Source: Bdellovibrionales bacterium (GTDB taxonomy: Bacteria > Bdellovibrionota_C > UBA2361 > SZUA-149 > JAGRAN01). Taken from it: DNA of 64,000 nt. The position numbers were made by a program, and so were the translations under genes. Under the pieces are notes generated by a model, which worked only from the letters and a program-made list of their open reading frames with translations, did not search any database and had not been told where the DNA came from. The DNA is taken from positions 11,013 to 75,012 of the forward strand of contig JAGRAN010000032.1 in the NCBI GenBank assembly GCA_020434585.1, given 5' to 3'. Positions 53,675 through 63,115 of this stretch are shown one piece after another; positions within the stretch are counted from its first letter, which is position 1; every line of letters starts with the position of its first letter.

Positions 53675-54532
53675 ATGGAGCTGCCGCGCTACTGGGCTAA
53701 GTCTAGCCAGCCGTATTCCGACCAACGCATGGGGGACATCCTTGTTTGCTGTTGGCGCTGGTCGGCCTCAAGTTTAAGCGATGCGAGACGGGACGCGGAG
53801 CACGCAGTCCGTGCAATGGTCGATCGGCTGCAGGCCGGCGAGTGGTTTCCCAGCGCATACGATTATGGGGCAAAGCCGCTTCGCGAAGAGCTACTCCAGG
53901 AGCTGCGGGACCGCAGAGGAGAGGTTGTTTCCGCGGTCACACGAAATTACTACGGCGCCAAAGTTCTAAATACAGCCGAGGTAATGTTCGCCGATATCGA
54001 TAAGAAGTCGTCCGGACTCGGCTCAATTCTTGGATCGGCCTTTAGGGCATTGTTTGGAGGCAAGGCCCAGAAGAGCGAACATCAGCAGCTGGACAGCGTA
54101 AAGGAGTGGGCGGCTCAAGATAGCCGTCGTTCGATGCGAATCTACCAGACCCACAGCGGCTATCGTCTGCTGCTGACACACGAGAAATTTGACCCGAGCT
54201 CCGAAGGCGCAGTGGAGATGCTGAACAGTTTTGGCAGCGACCCACTTTACGTTCGCCTTTGTCGCAGTCAGTCCTGTTTTAGGGCTCGACTAAGTCCAAA
54301 GCACTGGCGAATTAGAGTTAGCGCCCCGCCGAATAGATTTCCCTGGGAGAATGCACAGGAAGAGGCGCGCTATCGAGAATGGTTGTATCGCTACGAGCAG
54401 GAGGCACAGCAGTTTGCTGTTTGCAGATTTCTAGAATCTATCGGTCATTCAGTGCGCGATGATGCGATCGCCCAAGTTGTCGATTTGCATGACAGAGATT
54501 GCCAGGTCCACGCCGAGAAGCAATTGGCGTAG
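53675..54532 (+). CDS. hypothetical cytoplasmic protein
   Basis: The ATG at 53675 has a TAGGAGA RBS. The upstream part of ORF 53555.. overlaps the terminator and is rejected. I recognise no family with confidence. Confidence 0.6.
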   Translation: MELPRYWAKSSQPYSDQRMGDILVCCWRWSASSLSDARRDAEHAVRAMVDRLQAGEWFPSAYDYGAKPLREELLQELRDRRGEVVSAVTRNYYGAKVLNTAEVMFADIDKKSSGLGSILGSAFRALFGGKAQKSEHQQLDSVKEWAAQDSRRSMRIYQTHSGYRLLLTHEKFDPSSEGAVEMLNSFGSDPLYVRLCRSQSCFRARLSPKHWRIRVSAPPNRFPWENAQEEARYREWLYRYEQEAQQFAVCRFLESIGHSVRDDAIAQVVDLHDRDCQVHAEKQLA

Positions 54533-54546
54533 TTGAAATTAGTCGT

Positions 54547-55386
54547 CTAGTTTGTAAGTGCTTCTGGTGCGGCTTCTGCAAGGAAGCTTAGCACGGCGGG
54601 ATGCTGGATATTAGTGTAGAGCACGATGTCGCCTTTGCGGCATATTGATTCAACGCCTGTGCTGGGGTCGCTCTGAGCGACCACTCCGGCGATACTCATA
54701 ATACCTTCGTTTTCTACAAACAACGCACCGCCAGAATCGCCCCTACATGGAGTTGCCAATCCATCCCGATTTACGGTGAATAAGTGATTGATGGTTTGAT
54801 CTTCGATGAACGTGCTGCCAGCTCGAATCACCGGCTCGATGCTGTTTTCGCTTTCACCGACACCCGCGACCACAGCCGGCTCACCAGTTTCGACTGCTCT
54901 AGAAATCAGAATTGGACTGGGAGTGACTGTGAGTTGATCGGCAGTTTCGACGACAGCTACATCGTTAAACACCAATCCCATCTTTTCATCGACCGTGAAA
55001 AACTCGTTTACGTATATTTGCTTTGCGGCATGTGAGCCGAACAATGTATCAACTCTGACAGCGGTTACTCCGCCGATGAAGCAATGCGTGGCTGTTAAGA
55101 CCTTGGTCGGCGCGATGACTGTGCCAGTGCAAAGGTGAAGTTCATTAGTGGCTGTTAGAATGAAAATCCTTGCTACCGAGCTGCCGCTTACTGTGGCTTC
55201 AGGCGCTTCGCATGCTTGCCCGTTTGCAATTTTAAGTCCGATGGCGCTGCAGGCGTCTTTTGCCCCGGTGCCTGAAAGCGAGACGGGGGAAAGACTTTCG
55301 CTGGAGTCGCCGGATCCCCCCGAACCACCGGAGCACGCGCTTAGGCAAAACGAGCAGGCTATCAGGCAGCTTAAAAGTAAACGCAT
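54547..55386 (-). CDS. trypsin-like serine protease lipoprotein (S1 family)
   Basis: Lipobox CLSAC. The catalytic triad contexts are VLTATHCF, NDVAVVE and PCRGDSGGALF. Confidence 0.9.
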   Translation of the reverse strand: MRLLLSCLIACSFCLSACSGGSGGSGDSSESLSPVSLSGTGAKDACSAIGLKIANGQACEAPEATVSGSSVARIFILTATNELHLCTGTVIAPTKVLTATHCFIGGVTAVRVDTLFGSHAAKQIYVNEFFTVDEKMGLVFNDVAVVETADQLTVTPSPILISRAVETGEPAVVAGVGESENSIEPVIRAGSTFIEDQTINHLFTVNRDGLATPCRGDSGGALFVENEGIMSIAGVVAQSDPSTGVESICRKGDIVLYTNIQHPAVLSFLAEAAPEALTN

Positions 55387-55598
55387 AAAAACGAAGCTCT
55401 ATTTAGTTACTCTAGTTAGATCGGTCATGCCTGAGTTGCACTTAAGCGTGAGTAGTTCCATGTATCTATGATGTCGCTTCGGCCCACAGGTCTTCTTCGT
55501 CCCAATGCCTGGTCGCAAAGTGTGGACAATCACAATTTTCTTGGGCACTTATGCCTGTTAGACTGGATGAGGGCCGTAAGGGTTTACAGGAGGGCTTG

Positions 55599-56198
55599 AT
55601 GGGGAAGCAAAATGCTAAACGACGCTGTGAATGGGTTCCCCAGGACGACCCACTCTATCAGCGCTACCATGACCGTGAATGGGGCGTTCCTTTGAAAAGC
55701 CGAGCCAAGTTGTTTGAGATGCTGCTGCTTGAAGGTGCTCAGGCCGGGCTTAGCTGGCGAACCGTTCTTCACAAACGTGAAAACTATCGAAGGCTCTTTG
55801 CCGACTTCGATCCGGAAAAGGTCGCGCGCTTCACTGATGCAAAACTTGAAAAGATTTTGCTCGACCCGGGAATCATTCGCAATCGCCTCAAGGTGTATGG
55901 GTTTCGCAAAAACGCACGTGCTTTTCTTAGGCTTGAAGAGGAGAGCGGAGATTTTTCGAAGTTCATCTGGTCTTATGTTGGCGGAAAACCGATTCAGAAC
56001 AAATGGAAAAACTTAAAAGAAGTTCCTAGTGAGACAGAGTATGCCCGCTCTATGAGCAAGGACTTGAAACGGCGCGGATTTACCTTCGTCGGACCTTCGA
56101 TTTGCTACGCGTTTATGCAAGCCTGTGGGATGGTGAACGACCACGCAGTATACTGTTTTTGTTATAAGCAAACCGCAGCCAAAGCGGAACGATTCTAA
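55599..56198 (+). CDS. tag: DNA-3-methyladenine glycosylase I
   Basis: RCEWVPQDDPLYQRYHDREWGVP...LLLEGAQAGLSWRTVLHKR is present. The ATG at 55599 has an AGGAGGG RBS. Confidence 0.9.
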   Translation: MGKQNAKRRCEWVPQDDPLYQRYHDREWGVPLKSRAKLFEMLLLEGAQAGLSWRTVLHKRENYRRLFADFDPEKVARFTDAKLEKILLDPGIIRNRLKVYGFRKNARAFLRLEEESGDFSKFIWSYVGGKPIQNKWKNLKEVPSETEYARSMSKDLKRRGFTFVGPSICYAFMQACGMVNDHAVYCFCYKQTAAKAERF

Positions 56199-56449
56199 AC
56201 TTCCCTGAGCTCCGGCTAAAATTCCTGTCTGGTTAGGACTAACAAAAGCTGCTACACATTTTTACCTATGGAGCCGGAAATTGAACAGGATGAGGACTTT
56301 GACTACACCGCAGTCGCGGCCTGCAATTACTACCAAATGCTCGAATCAAGCACTGTCGGCGGTGACCTTGATGAAGAAATGCTAATCGAAAATATTCTAA
56401 ACCTTTCTGCCCCTAAGCCTAGGCTTAAACTGGCCGGCACAGATTAGAC

Positions 56450-57088
56450 TTACTTCTTGCCCCAGAGCTGCTCTAGTCGTTGATCCCTGCCGCAGCTATA
56501 GCGGTAGTACTTGTAGCGAATCGGATTTCGCTGGTAGTAGTTTTGGTGATAATCCTCGGCCGGATAGAATGTGGAGGCCGCGGTAATTTCTGTCACTATG
56601 CCAATTTTGTATTTCTGTTCTACCGCCGCTTTTGTTTTTTCCGCCAACTGCTTTTGCTCGTCTGAATCGTAAAAGATAGCCGTGCGATACTGCTCGCCGC
56701 GGTCGCAGAACTGACCGCCGCCGTCAGTCGGGTCGACGTTCTTCCAAAAAACTTCCAACAGTTGTTCATAACTGACTTTCTTCGGGTCGTACTTTACTTG
56801 AAGCGCCTCAGCATGGCCTGTAGTGCCGCTTGAGACCTGCTTGTATGTCGGATTGGCGACTCGTCCACCGGTATAGCCCGAGGTGGTAGAAATTACGCCG
56901 TCAATCTTGTCGAACGGAGGCTCCATGCACCAAAAGCAACCGCCGGCGAACGTGGCCGTGCCTAAATTCTGGTGATGTGCCGGCTCAGTTTCAGCTACGG
57001 CATCTGAGGATGGATGTGCGCCAAAAAAGCTCCAGCAAATAATCAAGAACAAAAGCGCACAAATAATAGATAAATTTTTCGGCCCCAC
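56450..57088 (-). CDS. msrA: peptide-methionine (S)-S-oxide reductase with N-terminal signal/anchor
   Basis: ATFAGGCFWCMEPPFD, GYTGG and GHAEALQVKYDP are present. GTG start. The N-terminal hydrophobic segment is LSIICALLFLIICWSFF. Confidence 0.9.
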   Translation of the reverse strand: MGPKNLSIICALLFLIICWSFFGAHPSSDAVAETEPAHHQNLGTATFAGGCFWCMEPPFDKIDGVISTTSGYTGGRVANPTYKQVSSGTTGHAEALQVKYDPKKVSYEQLLEVFWKNVDPTDGGGQFCDRGEQYRTAIFYDSDEQKQLAEKTKAAVEQKYKIGIVTEITAASTFYPAEDYHQNYYQRNPIRYKYYRYSCGRDQRLEQLWGKK

Positions 57089-57170
57089 GGCAAAATCTCC
57101 GGTTTAAGAACGTATTCGCCCGTAACGACCAAACGTTACAAAAAAGCCGGAGGTTGAGGAAGGGCAGAAG

Positions 57171-59393
57171 CTACCTCACATAGGTCGGCATCGCGAAGTC
57201 CGGGTCTGTCGGTGAGCCCCATGGCGGCGTCAGGTTTCTCAGACGCAGCATTTCAGTGAAAACTGCTCCATCTGTGGGGGTCTCAATCTCGAGCGGCCCG
57301 TAGGCATTAAGCTGGGTGCCGTAATTATAGGTTTCGTGCAAACCGAGATCGATGCCGCTTCGCGGAGCTAAGGTGTAGTTTTTCACGGTCATTCCGCCGA
57401 ACTGATTCGGGATTCGCAGAGTAACCGGAGTTGCGACATTGCGAATATTAAAGATGCGCAGCCAGTTGCTCATATTGAGATATAGGTTCCAGCTGCCCTG
57501 AATTTTGTTAGTGTAGCTGGACCTGAGCGGCGAACCATACATCGAAGCGATGCGTCCATTAGATTTGATAAAGTAGTACATGCTCTGACCAAGCAGTGCT
57601 CCTCCGTTGGCAGCTTCGACTCGGACGAGCCCTGAGCCACCGGGCGGCAGCACCGAGCTCGCGTCGTAGTGCTTTTGAGCGTGAGGCTGAAGTGTATCAG
57701 GAATCGTTGCGAGCAGTACGCCGTTATTACCGAACATCTTTACTGTTACCGGCAAGGGCTGCGAACTGCCGTTGGCGAGTTCGACGTAGTTCAGAGCATT
57801 AGAGCCGCGTGAAATTGGCGCGTGGATTACCTTTGCGCTCGGAGATACGCCGAGGAGTGGAAAGCCAAAACTATAACCCTCGGTCGGATTGCCGTCCGGG
57901 TTGTTGGCTCCATAACGCATGTTGGCCAGGATAAACGGCGTGTCCGGATCTTGTGCGACTACTTCGTTCATACCAAGTTCGTCGCCTCCAGGAATAAATC
58001 CCGGCAGATCGATGCGTTCAAATGGTTCTAAGTCACCGGTGATCACATTGCTCAGAACCCCGTTACGGTCGTACTGGTTGAGCGTGAAAATCTTGGCTTG
58101 AGTTGGATGCAGATTTACTACCGAAACCCAGTTGAGGACGCCGCCGTACAGGAATCCTGGAGGATTGATCTTGTTGTAGGTGACGTATGCTGTGCCCTTA
58201 AGCCGATTAGCGAACGGCACCAAGAAGGCAAAGTCATAAAACGGCAGAGCGCTGGACTGTTGGCGGTAATAAGCGATGCCGCCATCAAAGTTGTGGTGTG
58301 AGAAATCTATCTCCAGCATCCCGTATGTATACTCTGCAAAACCCTGCATTTCGTTGACAGCGAGATCCAGCTTGTCGAGCGGGCTAATCGCGACCTGGAT
58401 CGGCGGATACGCGTTTCCTTCAATGTCGCGCAGCGTAATTGTTGCTGTCAGTGACTCGGTGGAGCTGGTGTTAATCAGCTCGAGATAACTGTAGATGTTT
58501 ATGAAGCCGTTCCACAGCACGAATTGCTTGGTATCTAGTACTGGTTCGGCATCAACCTCGACATCAGTGATATCTACGCCTTCGACGTGCAGGGGATTGG
58601 GTTCGAACAGCTCCCGAAAAACATGCAGCTCTTTTGTGACTTCAACTTCATAATCGCCGTTTCGCACTTGAGTGATTTCGAATTCACCATTGGTGTCGGT
58701 TACGGCCTGCTTGTTAAACGCGGGGTTGCTATCGTGCGTGAAATCTAGCACTGCACCAATCAATGGTGACTGGTCGTGATCGCGCATATAAATTCTGCCG
58801 CTGACAGTTGCGACTTGGTAGCCGGCGGAGTTTACAACCTTGTTCTGGCAGCTCATGGACACGGAAGTGCTCGAAGGATTAAGCACGTAGTTGCTTTTGC
58901 TGAACGTGAGCGAATAGCTGAGGTGTCCGTCTAGACCGGATAACGTGAAATTACCTGAGGCGTTTGTAGTTGTGCTGCCTGCAGATCCGCCAACGCTGAC
59001 TCCAGCGACGCCCGATGCAGTTTCTGAGTTAGTAACAGTTCCTGAAATTGAGTAGGTCAGTTCCGTCGCGTTTGCTCCCAGCACGACATCGCCGGTGCCA
59101 ACCGTGCCGGCTGCTCCAGACGGAGAAATCGAATAGCACGGTTTAGAAAAGCCTATATTGTAAGGAGTGCCTTCGTCGTGGAGGCCATAAGAGAATTCAC
59201 CGGCGCTGTTGGTAGTTCGATTACCAAGGACTGGGTCGCTTACCGTGACACCGGACAGACCTGCAGGACCTCCAGCGAGTGTGATTTTGCCGCGAATTTC
59301 GTGCTGAGGGACTGGAGGGTCTTCGGCAAAAACTTCTGTCACAGGAATAAGCGCTGCGGTGAAAACCGCGAGCAGAGCGAAGAGACGCTTCAT
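57171..59393 (-). CDS. large secreted protein: three CarboxypepD_reg-like domains plus four copies of an unrecognised beta module
   Basis: The ATG at 59393 has a GGAGGG RBS. Signal peptide is MKRLFALLAVFTAALIPVTEVFA. The N-terminal domains are IRGKITL...NSAGEFSY, ISGTVTN...NASGNFTL and VSGRIYM...DTNGEFEI. The C-terminal repeats are YSYLELINTSS.., LNWVSVVNLHP.., LNYVELANGSS.. and SNWLRIFNIRN.. Confidence 0.7.
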   Translation of the reverse strand: MKRLFALLAVFTAALIPVTEVFAEDPPVPQHEIRGKITLAGGPAGLSGVTVSDPVLGNRTTNSAGEFSYGLHDEGTPYNIGFSKPCYSISPSGAAGTVGTGDVVLGANATELTYSISGTVTNSETASGVAGVSVGGSAGSTTTNASGNFTLSGLDGHLSYSLTFSKSNYVLNPSSTSVSMSCQNKVVNSAGYQVATVSGRIYMRDHDQSPLIGAVLDFTHDSNPAFNKQAVTDTNGEFEITQVRNGDYEVEVTKELHVFRELFEPNPLHVEGVDITDVEVDAEPVLDTKQFVLWNGFINIYSYLELINTSSTESLTATITLRDIEGNAYPPIQVAISPLDKLDLAVNEMQGFAEYTYGMLEIDFSHHNFDGGIAYYRQQSSALPFYDFAFLVPFANRLKGTAYVTYNKINPPGFLYGGVLNWVSVVNLHPTQAKIFTLNQYDRNGVLSNVITGDLEPFERIDLPGFIPGGDELGMNEVVAQDPDTPFILANMRYGANNPDGNPTEGYSFGFPLLGVSPSAKVIHAPISRGSNALNYVELANGSSQPLPVTVKMFGNNGVLLATIPDTLQPHAQKHYDASSVLPPGGSGLVRVEAANGGALLGQSMYYFIKSNGRIASMYGSPLRSSYTNKIQGSWNLYLNMSNWLRIFNIRNVATPVTLRIPNQFGGMTVKNYTLAPRSGIDLGLHETYNYGTQLNAYGPLEIETPTDGAVFTEMLRLRNLTPPWGSPTDPDFAMPTYVR

Positions 59394-59560
59394 TGTGGAA
59401 CCCTCCAACAACATAACCCGATTTAAAACTCTCTCTCCGCTTAAAGCCCCGGGATAAGCGGTGATATTTCTCCTACCTACGCTCCACAGTTGTTATGCGC
59501 AAAAGCAGTACTGACGTGCGGCAATCTTTGGGTGTAAGGCTAAGTGACTGTGATCGCTCA

Positions 59561-60019
59561 CTAACTATGGGGCGCTTCGAACCGAGGGCGATTTGCCTTT
59601 GCCCTCAGCCAGTTGGCGGCATGCAAAACCTTGGGCAGGCGCATCACGAAACGTTCCAGGCGATACTTGCCGGGGAAATTCATCATCATCAAGCCGACTA
59701 AGATTGAAAGCAGGCCCTGGCCAGGCAGGACAAGCATTGCGAGTCCTGCTAGCACCAGCAGCAATCCAGCTGCATTCTTTAAAGCTAGACCTAGAATTCG
59801 GGCCACAGGATGCGCATCGGCAGCGGGCAAGTGGCTACGCTTCTCCCTGGTAAAATAATCCGCCGGGAGACGGATCAAAATCAGGGGCACGGCAATTAAA
59901 CTCACAAAAAAGAAGATGATCGATATGCCGCCGGCCCATAGGAGCAGGCGTTCGTTGGAACGCAGAGCAGCCCAGAATTGATTGATTAAAGCCATTACGG
60001 GAGTATATGTAGCATACAC
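59561..60019 (-). CDS. small membrane protein with PGPGW-like motif
   Basis: AGLLLVLAGLAMLVLPGQGLLSILVGLMMMNFPGK resembles the PGPGW transmembrane family. Confidence 0.5.
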   Translation of the reverse strand: MYATYTPVMALINQFWAALRSNERLLLWAGGISIIFFFVSLIAVPLILIRLPADYFTREKRSHLPAADAHPVARILGLALKNAAGLLLVLAGLAMLVLPGQGLLSILVGLMMMNFPGKYRLERFVMRLPKVLHAANWLRAKANRPRFEAPHS

Positions 60020-60077
60020 GCGGTAGGGGAGGGAGAGCCTTAACTGCTTAACGTAAAACCGAAATGGCGGAACACTG

Positions 60078-61181
60078 ATGAAAGTCGATGGTAAGCATTA
60101 CTACACCATTTGGAAGCATCCCGAAGATATTTCCAAGATACAAATTATAGATCAGCGACATTTGCCGCATCGCTTTGTGATTGAAGATATCACCACTGTC
60201 GATCAAATGGTTGCCGCGATTCGGGACATGCATCTACGGGGTGCGATCATCATCGGGGCCGCTGCAGGCTACGGTGTTTACCTGGCCGCTCGGGAAGCTG
60301 CGGAAACTGGAAATTTCGACCAGGCATTTAAAGATCGCTGCGACGCGCTCAAAGCCGCTCGACCGACCGCCGTTAACTTAGAGTGGGGTGTTAATCGAAC
60401 CGCTGCTGTTGTGAATGCCGCAATAGATATTAATGAGAAAATACACGCTGCGCTCCAGGAAGCGGACGATATTGCACTGGAGGAAATTGATCGGTCACAG
60501 CGAATCGGAGCTCACGGTTTGTCGATTATCAAAAAGCTGAGTCAGGCCAAAGGCGGCGAACCGGTCAATATTCTAACTCACTGCAATGCTGGTTGGCTTG
60601 CCTGCATCGACCACGGGACAGCCACGGCTCCGATTTATGCCGCCTATGATGCTGGCATCGATGTGCATGTTTGGGTCGATGAAACTAGGCCGAGAAATCA
60701 AGGGGCTCGACTGACCGCTTGGGAGCTTGGTCAGCACGGCGTGAAGCACACAGTAATAGTAGACAACACCGGCGGTCATTTAATGCAGAACGGAATGGTT
60801 GACTTGGTGATCGTCGGAACGGACAGAACTACCAGCAACGGCGATGTCGTTAATAAGATTGGCACCTATCTTAAGGCGCTTGCAGCGCACGACAATGGAG
60901 TGCCGTTTTACGTAGCGCTGCCTTCCTCAAGTATCGATTGGGAACTGCAAAGTGGAAGCGACGTGCCCATCGAGCTGAGGGGCGAGGAAGAAGTGACCTC
61001 GATCTGGGGAGAATCTGACGGTGAGCTTCTGTGCGTGCGCTTAACTCCAAAAAACAGTCCTGCCGCAAATTATGCTTTCGATGTGACCCCAGCGCATTTA
61101 GTCACGGGACTTATTACGGAGCTCGGTGTTTCCAGCGCAAGTGCTGAGGGTCTGCGCGAGCACTTCAACAATGCACGATGA
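60078..61181 (+). CDS. mtnA: S-methyl-5-thioribose-1-phosphate isomerase
   Basis: IIDQRHLPHRFVIEDITTVDQMVAAIRDMHLRGAIIIGAAAGYG, THCNAG and VGTDRTTSNGDVVNKIGTY are present. Confidence 0.9.
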   Translation: MKVDGKHYYTIWKHPEDISKIQIIDQRHLPHRFVIEDITTVDQMVAAIRDMHLRGAIIIGAAAGYGVYLAAREAAETGNFDQAFKDRCDALKAARPTAVNLEWGVNRTAAVVNAAIDINEKIHAALQEADDIALEEIDRSQRIGAHGLSIIKKLSQAKGGEPVNILTHCNAGWLACIDHGTATAPIYAAYDAGIDVHVWVDETRPRNQGARLTAWELGQHGVKHTVIVDNTGGHLMQNGMVDLVIVGTDRTTSNGDVVNKIGTYLKALAAHDNGVPFYVALPSSSIDWELQSGSDVPIELRGEEEVTSIWGESDGELLCVRLTPKNSPAANYAFDVTPAHLVTGLITELGVSSASAEGLREHFNNAR

Positions 61182-61782
61182 GGGTTATGTTAAGTACCGG
61201 GCAGAGCTGGTCGAAGCGCCGCCGCCTGATTCTGAGCTCGCTGCGAAGCTGAATTATTCTCGATCGATTCTACGCAGCCGCGGCATGATCGGCGTTTATC
61301 CGGATGGGGTAGGTTTTGGCAATATCAGTGCGAGGCTTGCAGGATCAATTTCTTTCGTAATTTCCGGCACAGCTACTGGCGGCATCGAAACGCTTGAGGC
61401 AGAGCACTTCACCACAGTGACTGCGTTCGACATCGAGCGAAATTGGCTGCGCTGCGAAGGTCCGATAGCAGCCTCCTCTGAAGCGATGACGCACGGAGCA
61501 GTTTACCTAGCTGATGCGTCCGCAGCCGCGGTGATTCACGTTCACAGCGAGGCATTGTGGACTGAGCTGCTTGAACAGAGCCCGGCCACGAGTGCTAAAG
61601 TTGAATACGGAACGCCAGAGATGGCTCGGGAGGTTGTTCGGCTGCTGCGAGAAACGGCTGCTGGGCGCTTAAGGATATTTGCGATGGCAGGTCATCGCGA
61701 GGGGGTAATCGCTTTCGGTGGCAGTTTGGATGAGGCACGCGAAACGATTATTTCTGCCTACAATAAAGTTCTAGAGCGTTAG
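61171..61782 (+). CDS. class II aldolase/adducin-domain protein (MtnB-like by context)
   Basis: ISGTATG, AMTHGAVYLADASAAAVIHVHS are present. The ATG at 61171 overlaps the mtnA stop by 11 nt. Confidence 0.7.
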   Translation: MHDEGYVKYRAELVEAPPPDSELAAKLNYSRSILRSRGMIGVYPDGVGFGNISARLAGSISFVISGTATGGIETLEAEHFTTVTAFDIERNWLRCEGPIAASSEAMTHGAVYLADASAAAVIHVHSEALWTELLEQSPATSAKVEYGTPEMAREVVRLLRETAAGRLRIFAMAGHREGVIAFGGSLDEARETIISAYNKVLER

Positions 61783-61783
61783 G

Positions 61784-62443
61784 CTAAGCGGCGTTAACTA
61801 CGCGCTGACCAGACTGCGTGGGTGCATGAATACCGCGAGTGTCATCTGTCTGATATTTACCGGTAAAAACTTCTCCGCGGCGGAGTTTGCTTTCCTCGAT
61901 CTCTTTGCTGACATGCGCGAGGACGCTGCTCAGCCGAGGCTGCCACTCTTCCCACGGAAGTTCCGGAATCTCAACATCAAGCTGGACGGTTTCTAAAGGC
62001 GAGGCACTAATCACTAAGGGACTGTGGCGAAGAGCTTGGGCATGAAGCAGATGGTGCTCGGTGTTTGAGCGCAACAGCGTAGCCATCTCACCCAGAACTT
62101 CGCGCATCGATGAGCAGATGCGCTTAGCAAGTTCCATTGCCCGCATGCACTCCGCGCTAATTGGTGGGAGGTATGTCGCGATATAAAGCTCTGTATTTTT
62201 TATTTCCAAATTCTTGGCAGAGACGAATTTCGCCATTTCTTCAAAGTCAGCTTCGAGACGGTGCCTGATTAGGAACCGATCGACTGCGGACCAGATTCGC
62301 ATCGCCATCAACAGGAGAACTGGAATGAAAAGGGCGATAATTAGGACAAGATTGGTCGCGCCAAAGCGAGGAACTAAATCACTCAGCGCGACAAATACAT
62401 CTTGAAGGATGCCAGCAATATTGTTTACGAAATTCTCAACCAT
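61784..62443 (-). CDS. hypothetical membrane-anchored protein
   Basis: One TM (LVLIIALFIPVLLLMAM) and a helical cytoplasmic part. I recognise no family. Confidence 0.5.
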   Translation of the reverse strand: MVENFVNNIAGILQDVFVALSDLVPRFGATNLVLIIALFIPVLLLMAMRIWSAVDRFLIRHRLEADFEEMAKFVSAKNLEIKNTELYIATYLPPISAECMRAMELAKRICSSMREVLGEMATLLRSNTEHHLLHAQALRHSPLVISASPLETVQLDVEIPELPWEEWQPRLSSVLAHVSKEIEESKLRRGEVFTGKYQTDDTRGIHAPTQSGQRVVNAA

Positions 62444-62633
62444 GGCCCAACTTCCCGCCTAGGTTCTGCACACCAACTGGATGAAACAATGCCTAAAACC
62501 TAGGAAATTTGCAAACCTCATCAGTCAACTCGCATATTTACGCACCAGACTTGACGGCAATAGCCGATTCTGGTTGATTACGTAGCCAATTGCCGTGTGT
62601 TTGTCATTGCAGGTGGTGGTTTATAGGAGCGAG

Positions 62634-62816
62634 ATGAAATTGCTGCAAAGATTTAGCAAGACTGCGGAAAACCAAAAGGGAGCGGTGATGTATGAATGGA
62701 GCCTGATTGCGCTGATTATCGCAGTCGGACTTATTCTCGTGATTATCAACCTTGCGGCCGGCACTGAAAAAAGTTTTAGCGACCCAGATCTTTCGAAGGC
62801 GCTAACGCAGGAATAA
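62634..62816 (+). CDS. flp: Flp-family pilin
   Basis: The ATG at 62634 has a TAGGAG RBS. MKLLQRFSKTAENQKG/AVMYEWSLIALIIAVGLILVI has a G/A processing site, a Glu/Tyr pair and a hydrophobic helix. Length is 60 aa. TadE- and TadG-like genes follow. Confidence 0.6.
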   Translation: MKLLQRFSKTAENQKGAVMYEWSLIALIIAVGLILVIINLAAGTEKSFSDPDLSKALTQE

Positions 62817-63115
62817 TTGTCGAGCAGCGTTAGCTGTTCCTCAGAAGTCAGTGCATTCCCTAGTGCAGATTGCCTTTTATTAGGTTTGGTGTATTTTTTT
62901 GTCGTAGTTTAGGGAATTTTTTTCATTAAGCCACTCACGCAGTTTGGTTTTTCGAAACATGTTTTTTTGTCCTCGATTGCGGTTTCGGTGGAGCTCATAG
63001 AAAGCGGGAGCTTCTGCGTAAACGCGGCCGGGGATGGACAGCGAAGGCAAGACCATACGGTAGTGTCGTCAAAGTCCGATTTAGAAGATGTCCTCTCGCC
63101 TGCTACAGGAGCAGT

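Noticed and set aside
56267-56416. 49-aa acidic ORF (MEPEIEQDEDFDYTAV...) in the tag-msrA intergenic region
   Set aside because: It has no RBS and no recognisable motif, and it is short. On first pass I misread a run of four A's and extended it to 59 aa. The corrected reading stops at 56414-56416.
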